Of a DNA stretch of 64,000 nucleotides, positions 47,629-57,962 are shown piece by piece (position 1 is the first letter of the stretch; the number at the start of each line of letters is the position of its first letter). The position numbers and the translations under genes are program-made. The DNA is from an uncultured delta proteobacterium (GTDB lineage Bacteria; Desulfobacterota; RBG-13-43-22). The notes under the pieces were generated by a model. The model made no database searches. It was not told the origin of the DNA and saw only the letters and a program-made list of their open reading frames with translations. The DNA lies in the NCBI GenBank assembly GCA_963802945.1, contig CAWDKY010000028.1, positions 32,001-96,000 of the forward strand. The letters are read 5' to 3'.

Positions 47629-48579
47629 CTATGGATTCAAGCCAATGGATTCTTCTACCCCGAGCATGAGGTTCATATTCTGCACTGCTGCCCCGGAAGC
47701 CCCTTTGCCCAGATTGTCTAATCGGGCGGCCACCAGGATCTGCTCTTCATTGCCGAAGACGAACAGGTCGATCCTGTTGGTCTGGTTGCATTCCGTGGGA
47801 ATGAGAAAACCATTGTCCAAAAAAGGACCGGATTCAAAGGGGATCACCCGGATAAAAGGTTCCGATTGATAATAATCGGCTAAAATCTCCCGAACCTCCG
47901 AGGCGGTGATTTTTTTAGAAAGCATCCGGGCCAGCAAAGGGATGGAAACCACCATACCTTGATAATAGTCATCAACAATGGGCGTGAACAAGGGAGGATG
48001 TTTCAAACCGGTTACCTTCTGCATTTCCGCAACGTGTTTGTGCTTGAGACTCAGGGCATAGTGTCGTGGGGCTTTAAGATGCTCTTTAGGTGTTTCTCCC
48101 GATTCATAGACGGCAATCAGTTTTTTTCCGCCACCGCTGTAACCGGTGACGGACTGGACAAACACCGGATAGTCCACAGGCACGATCTGCTTTTGAATGA
48201 GCGGATACAAGGCCATAATAAAACCGGTGGCATGACAGCCCGGATTGGTCAGGCGCTTTGATTTTTTGATTTGTTCCCGCTGTTGTTTGTTTAATTCCGG
48301 TATTCCGTAAGTCCAGCCATCGGCAGTTCGAAAGGCCGTACTGGAGTCGATAACCTTGGTTTGGTCGTTTTGGATCAGGTTGACGGATTCCCGTGAGGCC
48401 TCATCGGGAAGGCAAAGGATAACCAGGTCGGCTTCATTTAAAAACCGCTGTTTAACTTGGGAATTTTTCCGATCCTGATCCGCTATCTTGAGAAGATGAA
48501 GATCGGTCCTGGATTTCAGCCTCTCATGGATTTGCAATCCCGTAGTTCCTTCCTGACCGTCTATAAAAACCTTGAACAT
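47629..48579 (-). CDS. argC: N-acetyl-gamma-glutamyl-phosphate reductase (type 2)
   Basis: VFIDGQEGTTGLQI, LCLPD, NPGCHATG, GYSGGG, HKH..EM, DNLGKGASGAAVQN.N. Confidence 0.96.
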   Translation of the reverse strand: MFKVFIDGQEGTTGLQIHERLKSRTDLHLLKIADQDRKNSQVKQRFLNEADLVILCLPDEASRESVNLIQNDQTKVIDSSTAFRTADGWTYGIPELNKQQREQIKKSKRLTNPGCHATGFIMALYPLIQKQIVPVDYPVFVQSVTGYSGGGKKLIAVYESGETPKEHLKAPRHYALSLKHKHVAEMQKVTGLKHPPLFTPIVDDYYQGMVVSIPLLARMLSKKITASEVREILADYYQSEPFIRVIPFESGPFLDNGFLIPTECNQTNRIDLFVFGNEEQILVAARLDNLGKGASGAAVQNMNLMLGVEESIGLNP

Positions 48580-48798
48580 CTTGTACGTCTCCTTAGGATC
48601 TTTCTCCCGGGCCTGTCGCCTGTCAGTAGAAGGCCGGCCTCTATGTTTTTTAAATAACAGGAATTTATTTTAATTTCAAGGCCATAATAACGAAGGCCCA
48701 TGGATTCCATCTCCGTTTTTCAATTAAGAAAAAAAGGAATAGTACCGATAAGAGAATAGAAGAAAAGCAATCTGTATTCATCATCTTTCTCCGATTGA

Positions 48799-48848
48799 AA
48801 ATCAAAAAAGCCTGCCTTGATCGTTTATTAAGGCAGGCTTTTTGATTT
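48799..48848. terminator. Bidirectional Rho-independent terminator after ETF-QO
   Basis: AAATCAAAAAAGCCTGCCTT...AAGGCAGGCTTTTTGATTT. Confidence 0.8.
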
Positions 48849-48893
48849 AATGGTTGCCTTCAAACTACAAAATTGTTACTTAGGTTGCCTCGG

Positions 48894-50606
48894 TTAGGTC
48901 ATGGTATATTTGGGGCCGCCGCCGCCTTCCGGTGGGACCCAGGTTATATTTTCATAAGGATCTTTGACATCACAGGTCTTGCAATGCACACAATTGGAAA
49001 AATTGATGGTCATTTTCGGCTTGCCCGTGGACTCTTCGATTTCCATTTCATAGACCCCGGCCGGGCAAAACCGGACGCAGGGATTTCCATATTCTTCTCG
49101 GCAGCGTTCATAGCAGATGCCCAGGTCCTTGATCTTGAGATGAGGCGGTTGTTTTTCCTCGTGGGTGGCCCCGGCGTAATAGACATCACTGACTTTGTCA
49201 AAGGTTAGGGCGCCGTCATATTTGATATCCCCCTTTTTTTCATCAGAAGGGGTTCTGGTCTGGTAATAATTGGGGATCGTCTTCATATGCTTAAAGTCAG
49301 GCCCGGCTGGAAGTCGGTCTTTGAGTATCCTTCCACCCAGCAGAAATTGGAAAGGGACTTTGAACATCCCCAGCCAAAAACCTTTTTGAAAGCCCTGATG
49401 GAAATTACGGACTTGCCGAAGTTCCTTATAAATGTAGCTTTTTTCCAGCTTGGATTTGTAATTCTTAAGCTGGTTCAGAGAAAAGTCATTACTGACTAGG
49501 CATTCCATGATGGTTTCAGCGGCCAGCATCCCTGATTTCATGGCATAATGAATGCCTTTGATTTTCTCCCCATTAAATAAACAGGCGGCATCACCTATAA
49601 TAAGACCACCATCAAAAACCGGTTCGGGAATGGAAAATAATCCACTGACCGGGACCGTCTTGGCACCGTACTGGACCATCTTCCCGCCCTTCAGTAATCC
49701 GGCAATAAAAGGATGGGTTTTGAATTTTTGAAATTCCCGATGGGGGTCCATAAAAGGATCGGCATAATCCAGACTGATCATTTGTCCGATGGAGATATGG
49801 TTGTCCTTCATGCCATAAATAAATCCGCCACCAAAGGTGTCAGTTTTCATGGGGAACCCCATGGTTTCAATTACCTGCCCCGGCTTGATCCTATCGTCCG
49901 GCAATTCCCAGATCTCCTTGACGCCTACTTCATAGCCCTGGCCGTTTTTTCCCGCAGCCAAATTGAATTGCTGGATCAGGGTCTTGGTCAGATTACCCCT
50001 GGAACCGTCACCGAAAACAGTGACCTTGGCATGCAAATCAATGCCCGGTTCATAATTGGATTTTTGACTCCCGTCAGTGTCAATGCCTTTATCGCCCGTT
50101 CGAACCCCGGTCACTTTTCCATTTTCATAAAGGACCTCCGTCCCGGCAAAACTGGGAAAGATAGTCACTCCTAACTCTTCCACTTTCTGGCCGAGCCATT
50201 CCACTAACCTGGAAAGGGCAACGACATAATTCCCGTGATTATTTAAGGGGGACGGGGGAATGGTGAGGGGCAACTTGATTTTCCCTGTTTTAGTTAGGAG
50301 ATAGATTCCTTCTTTTTTGACCTCGCTTTCAATGGGAGCGCCCTGCTCAATAAAGTCCGGGATCAGTTCTTTTAAGGCCACCGGGTTCATTAACGCGCCA
50401 GAAATACCATGGGCCCCGACATAGGCGCCTTTTTCCAATACCGCAATCATGAATTCATCGGAGATTTTTTCGCCTTTTCCTCCCTGGTCGATTCTTTCAT
50501 TATGCTGTTTGATCAGATTGGATAAATGGTAAGCCCCGGATAATGAGGAGATTCCTCCTCCAATGAAAAGTACGTCAACATCCATTACTTCATGTTCATC
50601 ACTCAT
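48894..50606 (-). CDS. Electron transfer flavoprotein-quinone oxidoreductase
   Basis: DV..IGGG, LEKG..VG.H..SG, N.GNY, TGD.G, G.KE.W, GGGF.Y, KIKG.H.AM.SG, HEE.QP.HL, CPAGVYE, NCVHCKTCD.KDP..NI.W.PPEGGGGP.Y. Confidence 0.95.
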   Translation of the reverse strand: MSDEHEVMDVDVLFIGGGISSLSGAYHLSNLIKQHNERIDQGGKGEKISDEFMIAVLEKGAYVGAHGISGALMNPVALKELIPDFIEQGAPIESEVKKEGIYLLTKTGKIKLPLTIPPSPLNNHGNYVVALSRLVEWLGQKVEELGVTIFPSFAGTEVLYENGKVTGVRTGDKGIDTDGSQKSNYEPGIDLHAKVTVFGDGSRGNLTKTLIQQFNLAAGKNGQGYEVGVKEIWELPDDRIKPGQVIETMGFPMKTDTFGGGFIYGMKDNHISIGQMISLDYADPFMDPHREFQKFKTHPFIAGLLKGGKMVQYGAKTVPVSGLFSIPEPVFDGGLIIGDAACLFNGEKIKGIHYAMKSGMLAAETIMECLVSNDFSLNQLKNYKSKLEKSYIYKELRQVRNFHQGFQKGFWLGMFKVPFQFLLGGRILKDRLPAGPDFKHMKTIPNYYQTRTPSDEKKGDIKYDGALTFDKVSDVYYAGATHEEKQPPHLKIKDLGICYERCREEYGNPCVRFCPAGVYEMEIEESTGKPKMTINFSNCVHCKTCDVKDPYENITWVPPEGGGGPKYTMT

Positions 50607-50795
50607 CGTATAGTCCTCCTCTCTCCTTTGATGAGAGTATATTTTCTGTTGCCGGATTATAGTGTAATCTTAAGGATAAGGTCAAGGGGAAAAATAAAGA
50701 AAAACAGGCAGGTAAAATAAAAAGCACTAGAAAAGGGATACGGGAATAGGTCATCGCCTCTCTCCGAGGCCAGGAGCATCAATTCTTTTAAGTGG

Positions 50796-51611
50796 TCACT
50801 TTTTTTTTAAATGCTTTAAGGCCCTATCCACCCTGGAAAGGCTACGCTTCCCTTCTTGTTTTTCTTTTTCGGTCCGAACCAAACCGGCTTCATGAAAAAT
50901 CATATAGTTAGAAAAAGCGGACTGAACAGCCACGCGAAACCCGGCCCCGTCCTGAACCTGATTGATGGAGAGCTTGGCCAAACGAGTGAAGATGGGATCG
51001 GATTCAGCGATCCGTTCAGCTAATTTTTGGGTTTCAGCCTTGAGTTTGTCCCTTGGGACAACCCAATTGGCAAACCCGAGTTCGTAGGCTTCTTGAGCGG
51101 TGACAAAACGGGTCTGAAAAAGAATTTCTTTGGCTTTGCGAACCCCGATGTCCCAGGGTACGCTGAAATACTGGAGTAAGGAGGGAAGAAACAAGGCATC
51201 ATCGGCAGCAATGATAATATCCATGGCCGAGGCGATGAGCCATCCTCCGAAGATACAGTATCCATGGACCTCGGCGATGGTCGGTTTAGGCAGGTCGCGC
51301 CATCTTACCCCCATGTCATGAAACAGTTCCCATTGTTTCCGATAGGCCCCCATGATTCCGGAAGGATAAGGTCTTCGGGCCTCGTCTGCTTTTTGGTCGG
51401 GGGTCCCCAAGTCGTGTCCGGAACTGAAATGATCTCCTTCACCCGACAGAATGATGACCCGAATTGCGTTGTCGGCCACAGCTTGATTAAAGGCTTGGTC
51501 AAGCTCTTCCAGTAAAAGACGGGATTGGGCGTTTCGGTATCGCGGTCGATTCATTTTCAGGCGAACCACAGCCCCATTTTTTTCATAGATGATCTGTTTA
51601 TAATCCGGCAT
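50796..51611 (-). CDS. Enoyl-CoA hydratase/isomerase (crotonase) family protein
   Basis: MNRP..RNAQ, G.G.HFSSGHDL, PKPTIA.V.G.C..GG, A.EA..LG..N.VV. Confidence 0.92.
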   Translation of the reverse strand: MPDYKQIIYEKNGAVVRLKMNRPRYRNAQSRLLLEELDQAFNQAVADNAIRVIILSGEGDHFSSGHDLGTPDQKADEARRPYPSGIMGAYRKQWELFHDMGVRWRDLPKPTIAEVHGYCIFGGWLIASAMDIIIAADDALFLPSLLQYFSVPWDIGVRKAKEILFQTRFVTAQEAYELGFANWVVPRDKLKAETQKLAERIAESDPIFTRLAKLSINQVQDGAGFRVAVQSAFSNYMIFHEAGLVRTEKEKQEGKRSLSRVDRALKHLKKK

Positions 51612-51627
51612 AGTTCTTATCCATTAA

Positions 51628-51893
51628 CAGGTTGCTGAAACTGGGCACCGCCCCGAAGGGGTGGGAGTGAGACGAGATTTGGGGCGAACAAAAAGGCCCA
51701 TTTATCCCGCCAACGGCGGGATTGCCCTCATTCCTCCCCGCCTTTCGGCGGGGCAGGCTTATTGCGACGTACTTCTATTGTGCGCCTCATTCCTTGGGAT
51801 TTCTTCGCGTCAAGGGCAACGCTCAGTCCCACCCCTTCGGGGCGGGTTCCCGGTTTCGGGACGCCTTGTATCTGAATCTTTTTGAGCAACCTG
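51628..51893 (-). mobile_element. MITE-like dispersed repeat, copy 2, with extra internal hairpins
   Basis: IR CAGGTTGCTGAAA / TTTTTGAGCAACCTG; reverse-complement match to 39710-39888. Confidence 0.82.
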
Positions 51894-51953
51894 TAAAAAA
51901 GAGTTTTTCTGCACCCTGTTAAAGGTATAAACCACGTTTAGGCGTCTTTTCCG

Positions 51954-52006
51954 AAGAAAGCCGGAATCCCTTTTACCTGACGGGGGGAATGGATTCCGGC
52001 TTTCTT
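51954..52006. terminator. Hairpin downstream of the nitronate monooxygenase-like gene
   Basis: AAGAAAGCCGGAATCC ... GGATTCCGGCTTTCTT, a perfect 16-bp stem. Confidence 0.65.
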
Positions 52007-52062
52007 AGAAATTAATATTTTAAGGACGTTTTACTAGCTCAATAAAACGGATCGATCCTTTA

Positions 52063-53178
52063 TCAATCGGTCACAAATTTGGGAGCATTTTTTAAAATTT
52101 GTGTGGCTTCATTCATAATCTTGTCGACCAGATCCTGAACCTTGGGAAGATCATCCACCCTCTGGGCACACTCTCCACCGGCCATAAGGGCTTTTTCCCG
52201 GTCACCCATGCATACGGCTTTAATGCCTTCCCGTTCATAGGCAACCAATTCTTGGGATCCTTGAGAATTGTAGTCGTCCGGTGTATCTAAGTAGATGGAA
52301 GGCGCTTTAGTCAGGGTATTTTTTTGATGTTCAAGGCTTGTAGGAGTCTTCAACCACCTAGCAGGTCCAACCATACCGCGGGCCACCAAGGTCCCTCTAT
52401 CCGGTGTTTTTACTACCTGTTCCTTCCATAATTGGTGGAAGTCGCTTTCTTGAGTCGCCAGGAATCTTGTCCCCATTTGCGCTCCGGCTGCGCCCAGGGC
52501 AATGGCAGCGGCAAGAGTTTTGCCGTCACAGAATCCGCCGGCTCCGGCTATTGGAATATTCGTGCTCGCCAGGGCATCCACCACCGATGGAAGCAAGGTC
52601 ATGGAGTGGACCGGCTCCCAGGAGGTGTGAAAACCGCCCTCATGACCGGAGGCAACGATGCAGTCCACACCGGCTTTGGCGCACCGAAGAGCGCCTTTGA
52701 CCGAGGGGACGACATGCAACCAGGTAAATCCGGCCTTTTTTATCTTGTCTCCCCAGGGGAGTGGGTCCCCGGCCGAGGTAAATATTACTTTGAAATGATT
52801 TTTCATCTCAGGATTTTCATTAACGACCTGTACCGCTTTATCGATGAGGATAGTTGATAAGGGGACTAATTCCGCCGATACCATGACGTTAATGCCGAAA
52901 ATGCCTCCTTTATCCTTGGTTAGACGGTAGGTCCGTTTTAAGACCTTTTCCAGCACCGTGGGCATATCATCATCCATCGTAGCCTCAGCGGTCTCCACAA
53001 AGGCATTGTAGATCCAGGGTTGTTCTGTTTTGTTAAAAATACCGCTGGTTGAAAGCAGTCCAAGGACTCCAGCATTGGCCGCAGCCACGCAAAGGTTGTT
53101 GTTGCTGAAAGGGCCCATGCCGGCTTGAATAATCGGATGTTTAATCCCAAGTTTTTCTGTCAATTTGGTTTTAATCAT
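52063..53178 (-). CDS. Nitronate monooxygenase / FabK-like FMN oxidoreductase
   Basis: LGI.HPIIQAGM, FG.N, G.EGG.H, P...AGG..DG...AAA..LGA.G.Q.GTRF.AT.ES. Confidence 0.9.
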   Translation of the reverse strand: MIKTKLTEKLGIKHPIIQAGMGPFSNNNLCVAAANAGVLGLLSTSGIFNKTEQPWIYNAFVETAEATMDDDMPTVLEKVLKRTYRLTKDKGGIFGINVMVSAELVPLSTILIDKAVQVVNENPEMKNHFKVIFTSAGDPLPWGDKIKKAGFTWLHVVPSVKGALRCAKAGVDCIVASGHEGGFHTSWEPVHSMTLLPSVVDALASTNIPIAGAGGFCDGKTLAAAIALGAAGAQMGTRFLATQESDFHQLWKEQVVKTPDRGTLVARGMVGPARWLKTPTSLEHQKNTLTKAPSIYLDTPDDYNSQGSQELVAYEREGIKAVCMGDREKALMAGGECAQRVDDLPKVQDLVDKIMNEATQILKNAPKFVTD

Positions 53179-53315
53179 TTGTTCCTCCTGACTTGATGAT
53201 TGGAAAATAAGATTTTGGAAGATGATTATAAAGAATTACTTTTGGGATGTCAAAAAAAAAACAAGAAAAGACAGCTTTTTCCATTATGGTCGGGAAAACC
53301 TCTTTGTCTCGGTCT

Positions 53316-53894
53316 TCATGGTGATTGGAGTGGGAAGGGAGGCTTGAGGCCTTCAGCCAGACCGACATCAAAAGCGTTCAGGGTCATGGCAGCCAGGGTA
53401 TAATAACCAATGGTAGCTATGATATCCACTAACCCCCGTTCGCCGAACAACCCGACTGCTTTTTGATAGAGATTCATGGGAAGTTGATGGGTTTTGTGCA
53501 AGGCTTGGCAGACGTCATAGACGACCAGTTCATCTTCAGGGGCCTTCTCGGGCCGGTGTTGATCAAAGACGGCATCAATGACCTCCTGGGTGACCCCGTT
53601 TTCCAAGGCCATCTTGGAGTGACTTACCCATTCAACATTGGCTTCCCAAAATCGACCTGTGATGATGATGGCCAATTCGATCAGCCGGCGGTCGAGGGAT
53701 GTCCGTTCCCAGATGAAATTCCCGAAGCTGACGGCTCGTCGGGCGACTTCAGGGCTGCGAATCCAGGGATCAAAAGGCCCGCCATAGCTCCCATCGGGCC
53801 TCGGCTTACGGAATTTGCCGATTCGGTTATACTGTGCTAATTCCTCCGGCGTCATTTCTTCTGGTTTTTTATTGATCAGTCGCGTCATATACAA
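53316..53894 (-). CDS. Carboxymuconolactone decarboxylase (AhpD-like) family protein
   Basis: GPF....RSP, L..R..ELAI...R.W....EW..H...A...G, FGE.G.VD.....GYY. Confidence 0.85.
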   Translation of the reverse strand: MYMTRLINKKPEEMTPEELAQYNRIGKFRKPRPDGSYGGPFDPWIRSPEVARRAVSFGNFIWERTSLDRRLIELAIIITGRFWEANVEWVSHSKMALENGVTQEVIDAVFDQHRPEKAPEDELVVYDVCQALHKTHQLPMNLYQKAVGLFGERGLVDIIATIGYYTLAAMTLNAFDVGLAEGLKPPFPLQSP

Positions 53895-53981
53895 TTCCCT
53901 CTTCGGTTTAATGAGTAGAAGAACCGATTCATAGACTATAGAGATCTGGCCCTCCTCCTGAACAGTATCCTAAAAAGCGGC

Positions 53982-54554
53982 CTAGCGATTTCCCCCTATG
54001 ATTCGACGGAGAGTCCAGGCCAGTAATCCTATAATAAATATTCCAATAATAATGGTAAGTTCATAATGTTTGATATCCTTAATTAGAATGTGCAGGGCTT
54101 CACCAAAAAGATAGCCTCCCATGGAAATAATTACAGACCAAACCACCGCCCCCAAGGTATTAAGCACCAAAAATCGGGCTGATTTAATTTTATGATTCAT
54201 GCCCAATACTATCGGAGTCAAGATACGTATGCCGTATATAAATCGAAAACCTATCATAACCAAATCATTATAACGTTCTAAAAAAAGATGGATCCTGTCC
54301 ACCCGTTTCTGAGTTTTTTTAAATCTTGACAATAACGTTTGCCCTTTTAAACGACCGAGGATGAAAAAAAATTGGTCTCCGACAAAACTTCCAATAAAAG
54401 CAGTTAACATAACCCAAGGTAACTTAAGATATCCTAAATGGGCAATAAATCCTCCCACAACTAAAATAGTCTCCCCTTCAAAGAACGTACCTATAATTAT
54501 GCCCCAATAACCATAAGTACGAAGAAGATAATCTATGGTGAAAAAAGATTTCAT
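53982..54554 (-). CDS. DedA family membrane protein
   Basis: YGY.....G.F.EGE, G...GDQ.FF..GR, RF.YG.R...P...G, F...N..GA..W. Start set at ATG 54554. Confidence 0.9.
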   Translation of the reverse strand: MKSFFTIDYLLRTYGYWGIIIGTFFEGETILVVGGFIAHLGYLKLPWVMLTAFIGSFVGDQFFFILGRLKGQTLLSRFKKTQKRVDRIHLFLERYNDLVMIGFRFIYGIRILTPIVLGMNHKIKSARFLVLNTLGAVVWSVIISMGGYLFGEALHILIKDIKHYELTIIIGIFIIGLLAWTLRRIIGGNR

Positions 54555-54898
54555 CCTGCCAGCCGTATAAATAGAACTAGGGTTATTTTCATAAAAATAG
54601 CTACTTTGAGGTCCAATAAATGGAGTCGGATCTGGGATGGTAATGAAACGTTTCTGCAAGTGGTAGATTTTTTCGTTTCCGCAAAAAGGAGCTCCCCTTG
54701 GAAACAAATTATTTAGAATATCATTTTAATAGGGTATTTCTATAAGTCAATCATTTTTTCGATGTCGGCCTTCAGCAACCGACTATGGCTTTTGTTTCTC
54801 CGCGAGTCCTTCAGAACGGTTCCTGCAAAGACCCATGAAATTCTCCAAGGGCAGAAGTGAAGGGAAAAGAAAGGAGGACTCTTGGGTTGCGTTCCATT

Positions 54899-57130
54899 TT
54901 AGAAATTTAGCGTCATTAGTATGGATGAAAGATTTTGGTCCTGCTTAATGATTTCCCGGTCATCTAAGTTCGACAGATCCCCTCCGATATGATTTTCAAT
55001 CATTTGAAGCGATTTATTGATATGACGAATAAATTCATCGGCAGGCATCATCTCTCCATAGGATTGAGTAAAAGAATAGATGCACAGGTCGATTTTTTCC
55101 ATAGATCGGGCTATTTCCAGGGCATTTTTTAATAGCCGTACAACAGTTCGAATGTTCGCGCCTGTTCGATAGGGCAAAAAATCCCAGAGGCAAACTGCGG
55201 TACAGAAATAGGTGGTGGGACGGTAGGTTTGAAGGGAGAACGAGTCGTCATGGATTTCAAAAGCCCTGGTAATGGATTGCACCAGAAAATCATATTGACT
55301 CTCTGGTGAAAGATCTTCTCTTAAAAAACCGATCTGCCACTGAAATTCCCTGGAAGGCCGTCTGACCACTTCCGGTTTGGAATCGACGGGTTTTTGGGGA
55401 TTGGTCAGGATATCTCTATCGTTTTTCAAAATCGCTTTGAGCACCCTGACACTATCGAGAAGGTAGGAGGATCGGATGCCGGACGGAGAAACCGTCATTC
55501 CCTTCTCAAAAAACTCTTCCGCCTTATCCAGGGCTTGGAAAACGATCCCCCTCAATCGATCGACCTCCGCTGGCAATCCGTGAAAGCTTTTGATGCCCTG
55601 CCGGAGGTGTCTGACCGTCAACATGGCCTTGGCCATGTTATCCACTCCATATTCACAGTAAAAATCTTCGGATTGACCGGCGCAATGCTCCTGGATGTAG
55701 AGGGCCTCTTGTTCTGCCTGTCTGAATAATCCTTCGGCAACAGCATAAGAAGAGGACTTGATGGCCAGATTGCGGAAAATCGCCATGCGAAGGGTTCTGG
55801 CAACCAAATGGGTGGGATCGATGGAAAGGACAATACGAAGAATTTCAATGGCTTCCCAGAATCTCTGCCGATAATAAAGGGTTTTGGCGATTTCAACGCC
55901 TAAGAGGGAATTATGAGGGAATTTAAAAAAGGTGGTAACGGAATTCAGTTCATCGGTTTCACCGGGCCTGGACTTGTTTTCCGGCGGAGACCAAAGCAGC
56001 CGAGTCAAATTTTTTATGGACGTCGGGTTGTTTTGCAGGATTCGATCTTCCAATAAATCGGGAACAAAGTCAAAATACAGGGTACTCCAAAGGGCGACAA
56101 CCCACCAGATCGTCAGGGCTTCGCCGTTAAATAAGGTGATTTCCGTCGGGCGTTCGCATAAAATGATCCGAATATCGTTGATCAACAGACATTGACGGGC
56201 AAAATCCGTCACCCGGATCACCGGGTCACCGGGCAGCTTGGCGTTTAAAATAGGAAGCAAATAATTATCTAGATTGCTGTATTCGCCGGCAGCGATCCCG
56301 ATGGATAAAAACCGATTCTTAGTGCAGTATTTGGACAAGGCCCAACGGATGGCGATCTGGTGGGCCAGGGAAACAGCGCTTCGCAGGCATTGTCGATAAG
56401 ATACAGGGTCGCCTGGTTCCTCTTCTTTGGGAAAGTCAACATATAAAGTCGTAATGTCGTGAGACCGGATGCGTCCCCATCGACCGTATAGAAAGTTGCC
56501 TACGGATTGTTCAATAAAATTTTTAAGGGATTTCTTAAGCCAGCCGACGATATCATGATCGATGACATCTCCCCGGCCGTAAAGGGCAAAACCGATCCGG
56601 ACACCTTCCCGATAATTCTCCGAAGGTTTGCTTTGACTGCAGAGTTTCATCAAGGTTTCATAATTCCAAAGAGGACCCAGATCTCCCCGCTCGTGACCCA
56701 GCCAAAAGGCCAGACTTCTTAAAACGTCTTGTTTATAAGATGTATCGGCCGGTTCTTTTTTCAATCGTGTCAGCATTGAATTACTCACCCGAGGCAATTC
56801 AATCCGATATTTGGCAATCAGGGCATTGACCCGATCCGTCAAGGCGCGTCCAGAAAGATTTAGTTTGAGGATCTCCTCTTTCTTTTCCAACAATTCTTTA
56901 AAATCGAGACGATTAGGCGGGGTACAGTCCTGCAGGGAACGGGCATGCTGGCGGATGAACGTTTCCAGGTTTTTAAATTCTTCTTTTTTAATGAGATGGT
57001 TCTTGAAGGCAAAGGTTATAAAGGAATTCAGGGCTTTTTTATCGTCGCTGTTTCCGGAAAATCGGGTTAGGGTCTCTATGTTCGGAAAAACCGCCAGAAG
57101 GGCTGAAAATAATTTATCCTTTTTTTTCAT
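54899..57130 (-). CDS. Large hypothetical protein with a TPR-like C-half; possible HTH and degenerate cyclase-like domains
   Basis: 743-aa ORF; TPR-like LYY..R..EA.E.LR.VL.IDP....A and A...FEKG...SP. Confidence 0.7.
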   Translation of the reverse strand: MKKKDKLFSALLAVFPNIETLTRFSGNSDDKKALNSFITFAFKNHLIKKEEFKNLETFIRQHARSLQDCTPPNRLDFKELLEKKEEILKLNLSGRALTDRVNALIAKYRIELPRVSNSMLTRLKKEPADTSYKQDVLRSLAFWLGHERGDLGPLWNYETLMKLCSQSKPSENYREGVRIGFALYGRGDVIDHDIVGWLKKSLKNFIEQSVGNFLYGRWGRIRSHDITTLYVDFPKEEEPGDPVSYRQCLRSAVSLAHQIAIRWALSKYCTKNRFLSIGIAAGEYSNLDNYLLPILNAKLPGDPVIRVTDFARQCLLINDIRIILCERPTEITLFNGEALTIWWVVALWSTLYFDFVPDLLEDRILQNNPTSIKNLTRLLWSPPENKSRPGETDELNSVTTFFKFPHNSLLGVEIAKTLYYRQRFWEAIEILRIVLSIDPTHLVARTLRMAIFRNLAIKSSSYAVAEGLFRQAEQEALYIQEHCAGQSEDFYCEYGVDNMAKAMLTVRHLRQGIKSFHGLPAEVDRLRGIVFQALDKAEEFFEKGMTVSPSGIRSSYLLDSVRVLKAILKNDRDILTNPQKPVDSKPEVVRRPSREFQWQIGFLREDLSPESQYDFLVQSITRAFEIHDDSFSLQTYRPTTYFCTAVCLWDFLPYRTGANIRTVVRLLKNALEIARSMEKIDLCIYSFTQSYGEMMPADEFIRHINKSLQMIENHIGGDLSNLDDREIIKQDQNLSSILMTLNF

Positions 57131-57411
57131 AAGGTTACTCCGAAATGAACGAAATTAATCTCATTTTTCCGAGGACCTCAAGGAAATGGTATACAGGGCC
57201 TCAAAAACAAACCATTGTTTTACAATAAAACGGCATTCTCAATAAAACACTTAAAAATATTGACTACTATTTTAACACAGCATATAAAGGCGTATAATAT
57301 AGAAAAATATTGGGACATAAAATGTTGCACTTGTCAAGAGAAGAACCGGAGGGCCCTCGATGGAAGTTGTCATTTTATAAGGCCTAAAAAAAATAACAGG
57401 AGGTATTTCTA

Positions 57412-57831
57412 ATGGTTAAATATGGTACACAAGAATGGTGTGATGTTTACATGGAGGAGATCAATAAAAGCAAAGCTTACGAAGAGGCGGCTAGGACCTG
57501 GGAAGGGGACTTTTACTTTATCTTCGATAAAGGCGGCCCGGTCAAAGAGCCGATTTATATGTATGTTGATCTGTATCATGGCAAATGTCGAAAGTCAGAG
57601 ATTGTCGATGATCCCAAAAAATACAACCCGGAGTTCATTATTCTGGCACCTTATGCCATCTGGAAGAGGATATGCCTGAAACAGCTTGATTCCACGCAGG
57701 CCCTAATCACCAAGCAATCCAAGCTCATGACCGGGAGCCGAGGCACCATGTCCAAAATCATGCGTTATACCAAGGCGGCCAATGAGCTGACCAACATCAC
57801 GTCAAAAATAGATACTGAATGGCTGGACTAA
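57412..57831 (+). CDS. SCP2 sterol/lipid-carrier domain protein
   Basis: T.EW...Y...IN....Y..AA..WEGDF.F, Y.DL.HG.C, APY..W..I....LD...AL.....K; RBS AGGAGG. Confidence 0.8.
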   Translation: MVKYGTQEWCDVYMEEINKSKAYEEAARTWEGDFYFIFDKGGPVKEPIYMYVDLYHGKCRKSEIVDDPKKYNPEFIILAPYAIWKRICLKQLDSTQALITKQSKLMTGSRGTMSKIMRYTKAANELTNITSKIDTEWLD

Positions 57832-57833
57832 AA

Positions 57834-57893
57834 GAGTATTGAGTTCAGAGTGATGAGTTCGGAGTAAAAACTAAATATTCCGAACTCTGAACT
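57834..57893. repeat. 7-nt-period inverted tandem repeat (GAGTTCR / YGAACT)
   Basis: gagtatt-gagttca-gagtgat-gagttcg-gagt ... ccgaact-ctgaact. Confidence 0.8.
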
Positions 57894-57962
57894 AAAAATT
57901 CGATTTACAGCACCCTTGACCCGGTGAATCCTCGGACCCTTTTATAATATAAGGAGGTCAGT

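Noticed and set aside
51661-51922. Short ORFs 51661..51885 and 51722..51922
   Set aside because: They are translations of the MITE copy.
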